DNA from: Pristiophorus japonicus
Taxonomy: Eukaryota
Length of the DNA stretch: 64,000 nt
Direction: 5' to 3'
NCBI RefSeq assembly: GCF_044704955.1
Contig: NC_091999.1
Location: forward strand, 52,328,001-52,392,000
The notes under the pieces are model-generated. The model was given only the letters and a program-made list of their open reading frames with translations. It was not told the origin of the DNA and ran no database searches. The translations under genes were made by a program, and so were the position numbers. Positions 63,476 through 64,000 of the stretch are shown one piece after another; the first letter of the stretch is position 1, and each line of letters starts with the position of its first letter.

Positions 63476-64000
63476 CGTTTCTCTAACCTGTCCTTATAAT
63501 TTAATATTCTGTGACCCATTCATCATCATCACAGGCAGTCCCTCGAAATTGAGGAAGACTTGCTTCCACTCTAAAAGTGAGTTCGCAGGTGACTCTACAG
63601 TTCAATATGGGAATTACATTCTCTGTCACAGGTGGGACAGACAGTGGTTGAAGGAAAGTGTGGGTTGGGAGTCTGGTTTGCCACATGCTCCTTGCGCAGC
63701 CTGCGTTGATTTCTGCATGCTCTCGGTGACGAGACACGAGGTGCTCAGTGCTATCCCGGATGTTCTTCCTTCATTTCGGATGGTTTTGGGCCAGGGATTC
63801 CCAGGTGTTGGAGTGGATGTTGCACTTTATCAAGGAAGCTTTGAGGGTATCATTCTAGTGATTCTGCGCTGTACCCGCTCCGAGGCCAGTATATCTTTCC
63901 TGAAGTGCGGTGCCCAGAACTGAATGCAGTTACTCCAGAAGCAGACAACCAGAGTTTATACAACAGAAGCGGGACTTTCCTTCCTTTGTATTCCAGCTCC
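63476..64000 (-). mobile_element. CR1 fragment with a nested RTE 3' end (~63518-63853)
   Basis: (CAT)n RTE reverse tail at ~63517-63530; CR1 RT sequence on both sides (..ITRM and YKDRLEK). Confidence 0.75.

Overview
Repeat-rich vertebrate DNA, most likely from a shark or other cartilaginous fish. The basis is CR1 LINEs with (TTCTATGT)n/(TTCTTATG)n tails, SacSINE1-like DeuSINEs, a GPR139-like GPCR and an antigen-receptor V segment. No clearly intact protein-coding gene is present. Layout: (1) 1-12.3 kb is a ~67-bp satellite holding nested RTE, Tx1, Gypsy (both LTRs plus TSD) and CR1 insertions. (2) 17.5-19.4 kb is the 3' end of an endogenous retrovirus (LTR, PPT, foamy/lokiretrovirus-like env remnant) whose env tail has three in-frame TM modules separated by stop codons. 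(3) ~20-39.6 kb is a decaying tandem array of a ~2.4-kb tRNA-Asp/tRNA-Ser/DeuSINE/tRNA-Leu(TAA) unit, with 22 tRNA-like copies and several shifted anticodons. (4) 40.8-42.6 kb is the 5' end of a second ERV (LTR, 18-nt tRNA-Arg PBS, coiled-coil gag remnant). (5) 50.6-52 kb is a GPR139-like pseudogene with a 9-copy TM4-coding repeat. (6) 53-56.5 kb is a 54-bp satellite with higher-order structure. (7) At 63 kb there is a minus-strand TCR alpha/delta-like V segment with a perfect 23-RSS. All calls were made by eye, and TE boundaries are approximate.
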